Shown here piece by piece: positions 62,401-64,000 of a DNA stretch of 64,000 nucleotides; the first letter of the stretch is position 1, and the number at the start of each line of letters is the position of its first letter. The notes under the pieces are model-generated. The model did not search any database and had not been told where the DNA came from. It saw only the letters and a list, made by a program, of their open reading frames with translations. Origin of the DNA: Leucoraja erinacea (Eukaryota). The stretch is from contig NC_073401.1 in the NCBI RefSeq assembly GCF_028641065.1, forward strand, positions 13,702,001 to 13,766,000, written 5' to 3'. A program made the position numbers and the translations under genes.

Positions 62401-62527
62401 TGATAATATCTCTCGTGTCGTTGCTTTGTTTCTTCTCAGTATGGTATGCCTATTAAAGTTAATGGTGGTTATCTAAAGCTTCCTGCTCCTCTGGCAACAT
62501 CTGCATGCACTGACAACAACCCTGCAG
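53158..62527 (+). CDS. TCTN1: Tectonic-1 (ciliary transition zone), first five coding exons; gene continues past the window
   Basis: Signal-peptide-like [19 protein letters not shown], tectonic cysteine motif [20 protein letters not shown], then NPSIFCI and CTDNNPA. Head-to-head with PPTC7 as in human. Confidence 0.92.
54831..54951 (+). CDS. TCTN1: TCTN1 exon 2
   Basis: [40 protein letters not shown]; TTTCAG acceptor, GTAAGT donor. Confidence 0.94.
55041..56827 (+). mobile_element. Young 5'-truncated CR1/HER1 LINE (RT domain to 3' tail)
   Basis: [55 protein letters not shown]; two premature stops (55783, 56466) and a frameshift near 55920; (TTTCTATG)n tail. Confidence 0.95.
57735..58710 (-). 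mobile_element. CR1/HER1 LINE 3' portion with internal deletions
   Basis: [28 protein letters not shown]; KADYYLN...[11 protein letters not shown]...RTRGHNL. Confidence 0.92.
59379..59485 (+). CDS. TCTN1: TCTN1 exon 3
   Basis: [35 protein letters not shown]; donor GTGAGT. Confidence 0.9.
60013..60155 (+). CDS. TCTN1: TCTN1 exon 4
   Basis: [30 protein letters not shown]...NGYQ; 143 nt. Confidence 0.9.
60225..60565 (-). mobile_element. Rex1/Babar-like LINE 3' fragment
   Basis: [12 protein letters not shown]...[17 protein letters not shown], the typical C-terminus of this LINE group. Confidence 0.65.
60950..61590 (-). mobile_element. Rex1/Babar-like LINE 3' portion
   Basis: [32 protein letters not shown]; 3' end CAATTTCCCTCCTGGGATAAATAAAGTT followed by a short repeat tail. 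Confidence 0.8.
62440..62527 (+). CDS. TCTN1: TCTN1 exon 5
   Basis: [29 protein letters not shown]; donor GTAAGA. Confidence 0.92.
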
Positions 62528-62854
62528 GTAAGAGGGAAAGTGAAATGTGCTTAACATTAAAAAATATATATATACTGCTTCTAAACTCCATTCAGATATT
62601 ACAGAACTGGGATGATTGTTTTCACTTTTTTGTAACATTGGGCCAGAACTTCATGTCACTGGTGAGCATTCCATGCCAGCTAGACATTACACTTGGCTAC
62701 AAACTTTTTATGGATTTTTCACTTAATCTCCTCTAATTAGAAAGCAATTTCAGTAGATCAAGGCTTATGTGAATCAAACAAGAAACGTTGCATCTCCTTA
62801 ACCAATGAGTCTGAAGCAGAAAATATCAGATGGATTAGAATAGCAAAAAAAGCA

Positions 62855-63160
62855 GCAGCTAGTAAAAGACTGAGGTTCATTCCTGACCTTGGGTACTGTC
62901 TGGATGGAGTTTGCATCTTCTCCCTGTGACTCTGTGCGGTATCCTCTGGGCACTCTAGTTTCTCCTTGCATCCATAGGTGTGCAGCTTGGGAAATTCATT
63001 GGCTGGTTTAAGTTGGCCCTAGTATGTAAGTGTGAGGTAGAATCTGAGGAACATTGAGAATGTGGGGAGAAGAAAAATAGGATTAATGGTTTAGTGGAAT
63101 AATGAATGATGGTCAGCACGGTGGGCTAGGGGGCCTGTTTCCAAGTTGTATCTTTCTATG
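62855..63160 (+). mobile_element. tRNA-derived SINE, decayed
   Basis: Core GGAGTTTGCATCTTCTCCCTGTGAC and tail GGGCCTGTTTCC. Confidence 0.7.
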
Positions 63161-63287
63161 ACTGTGGTTGCTTGAAATCTGAAATAAAAAAATAAAATAC
63201 TTGGCAGACACCATCGGTAGAAGACAAATTGAGTTCACATTTCCCCAAATATAGGAAAGGTTCCTGAGGACTAGAAAATGACAAATA

Positions 63288-63726
63288 TCTATAATATTAA
63301 AACTGGTGCCTGCTGGCGGGCTGCTGGCTTTCTGCCTGACTTTTGGTTGCCAGCTTTTGATTCGTTGCTACGCCAACGTCAGACCCAAAGACGCTGACTT
63401 TTTTCCCATTTCGGTAGAGATTTCACTTTTCATTCCAAGAATCCACTCCTCATTAAATTTTGTTGTGGTTATCTACACATTTTTAATAAAATCCTTCTCC
63501 CCCCCCCCACTCACTCATTTTGCCGCCTCCTGCTGGCCAGCGACCATAACAGCTGCTGGCGCCCGCATCTCGCCTCAAAGACGCCCACATCTCGCCTCAA
63601 AGATGCCATTTAAAAACAGCCGCACTGCTGATTCCTGAGCCGCTTGAGTTGGAGGACCACGTCTCCCGTGGGGGCTACGGGTAGGCAATGGCAGCGTTGG
63701 GGGAGCAGTCTCTGCACTTGGTCTAG
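63288..63726 (+). mobile_element. Non-autonomous Helitron
   Basis: Begins TCTATAATATTAAAAC after an A, ends GGTCTAG before a T, no TSD, with GC-rich hairpins (CCCGTGG-GGG-CTACGGG; GCAG-TCT-CTGC) near the 3' end. Confidence 0.75.
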
Positions 63727-64000
63727 TATTTCATAAAAGGCTATTAACAAATTTGAACCATGAATTAACAGCCGGTAGCAGCATGGGAAGGAAATTGACT
63801 TAAAAGCAGACCACAGAGAATAGTGAAAAATATTCCCCAGGGATCCATGAATGAACAATGCAAAATCTTTAAAATTTAAATCGATAGATAACAAATAAAT
63901 CAATAAATAAGAAAAACATCTATCAAAGGTAGTACAATGATGATGGGGGCTTTGAGGTTCATATAGACGGCACCAAAACCAATTGGCAAATGATGGTTTG

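Overview
Eukaryotic, intron-rich vertebrate DNA. The repeat content (HE1/V-SINE-like tRNA SINEs, HER1/CR1 LINEs, Penelope elements) suggests a cartilaginous fish such as a skate or ray; this is an inference. By hand-tracing GT-AG exons I reconstructed four genes in the same order as the human 12q24.11 block: VPS29 (-, 4 coding exons, 182 aa), RAD9B (+, 11 coding exons, 424 aa), PPTC7 (-, 6 exons, 297 aa) and the first five exons of TCTN1 (+, continues past the window). Introns are filled with decayed CR1, Rex1/Babar-like and Penelope retroelements, SINEs, a full-length dead Tc1 (DD34E, IR/DR), hAT and other MITEs, and a non-autonomous Helitron. Most interesting observations: (1) about 10 Penelope-derived terminal repeats whose consensus rebuilds a minimal hammerhead ribozyme; (2) two Penelope ends joined to CR1 at the same nucleotide; (3) two 33-37 bp palindromic insertions with 8-bp target duplications, each in a head-to-head promoter interval; (4) a split VPS29/RAD9B promoter with CDE/CHR, E2F and RFX motifs. 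I see no new protein-coding system. Exon coordinates were counted by hand, repeat boundaries are approximate, and family names come from recall, not from database searches.
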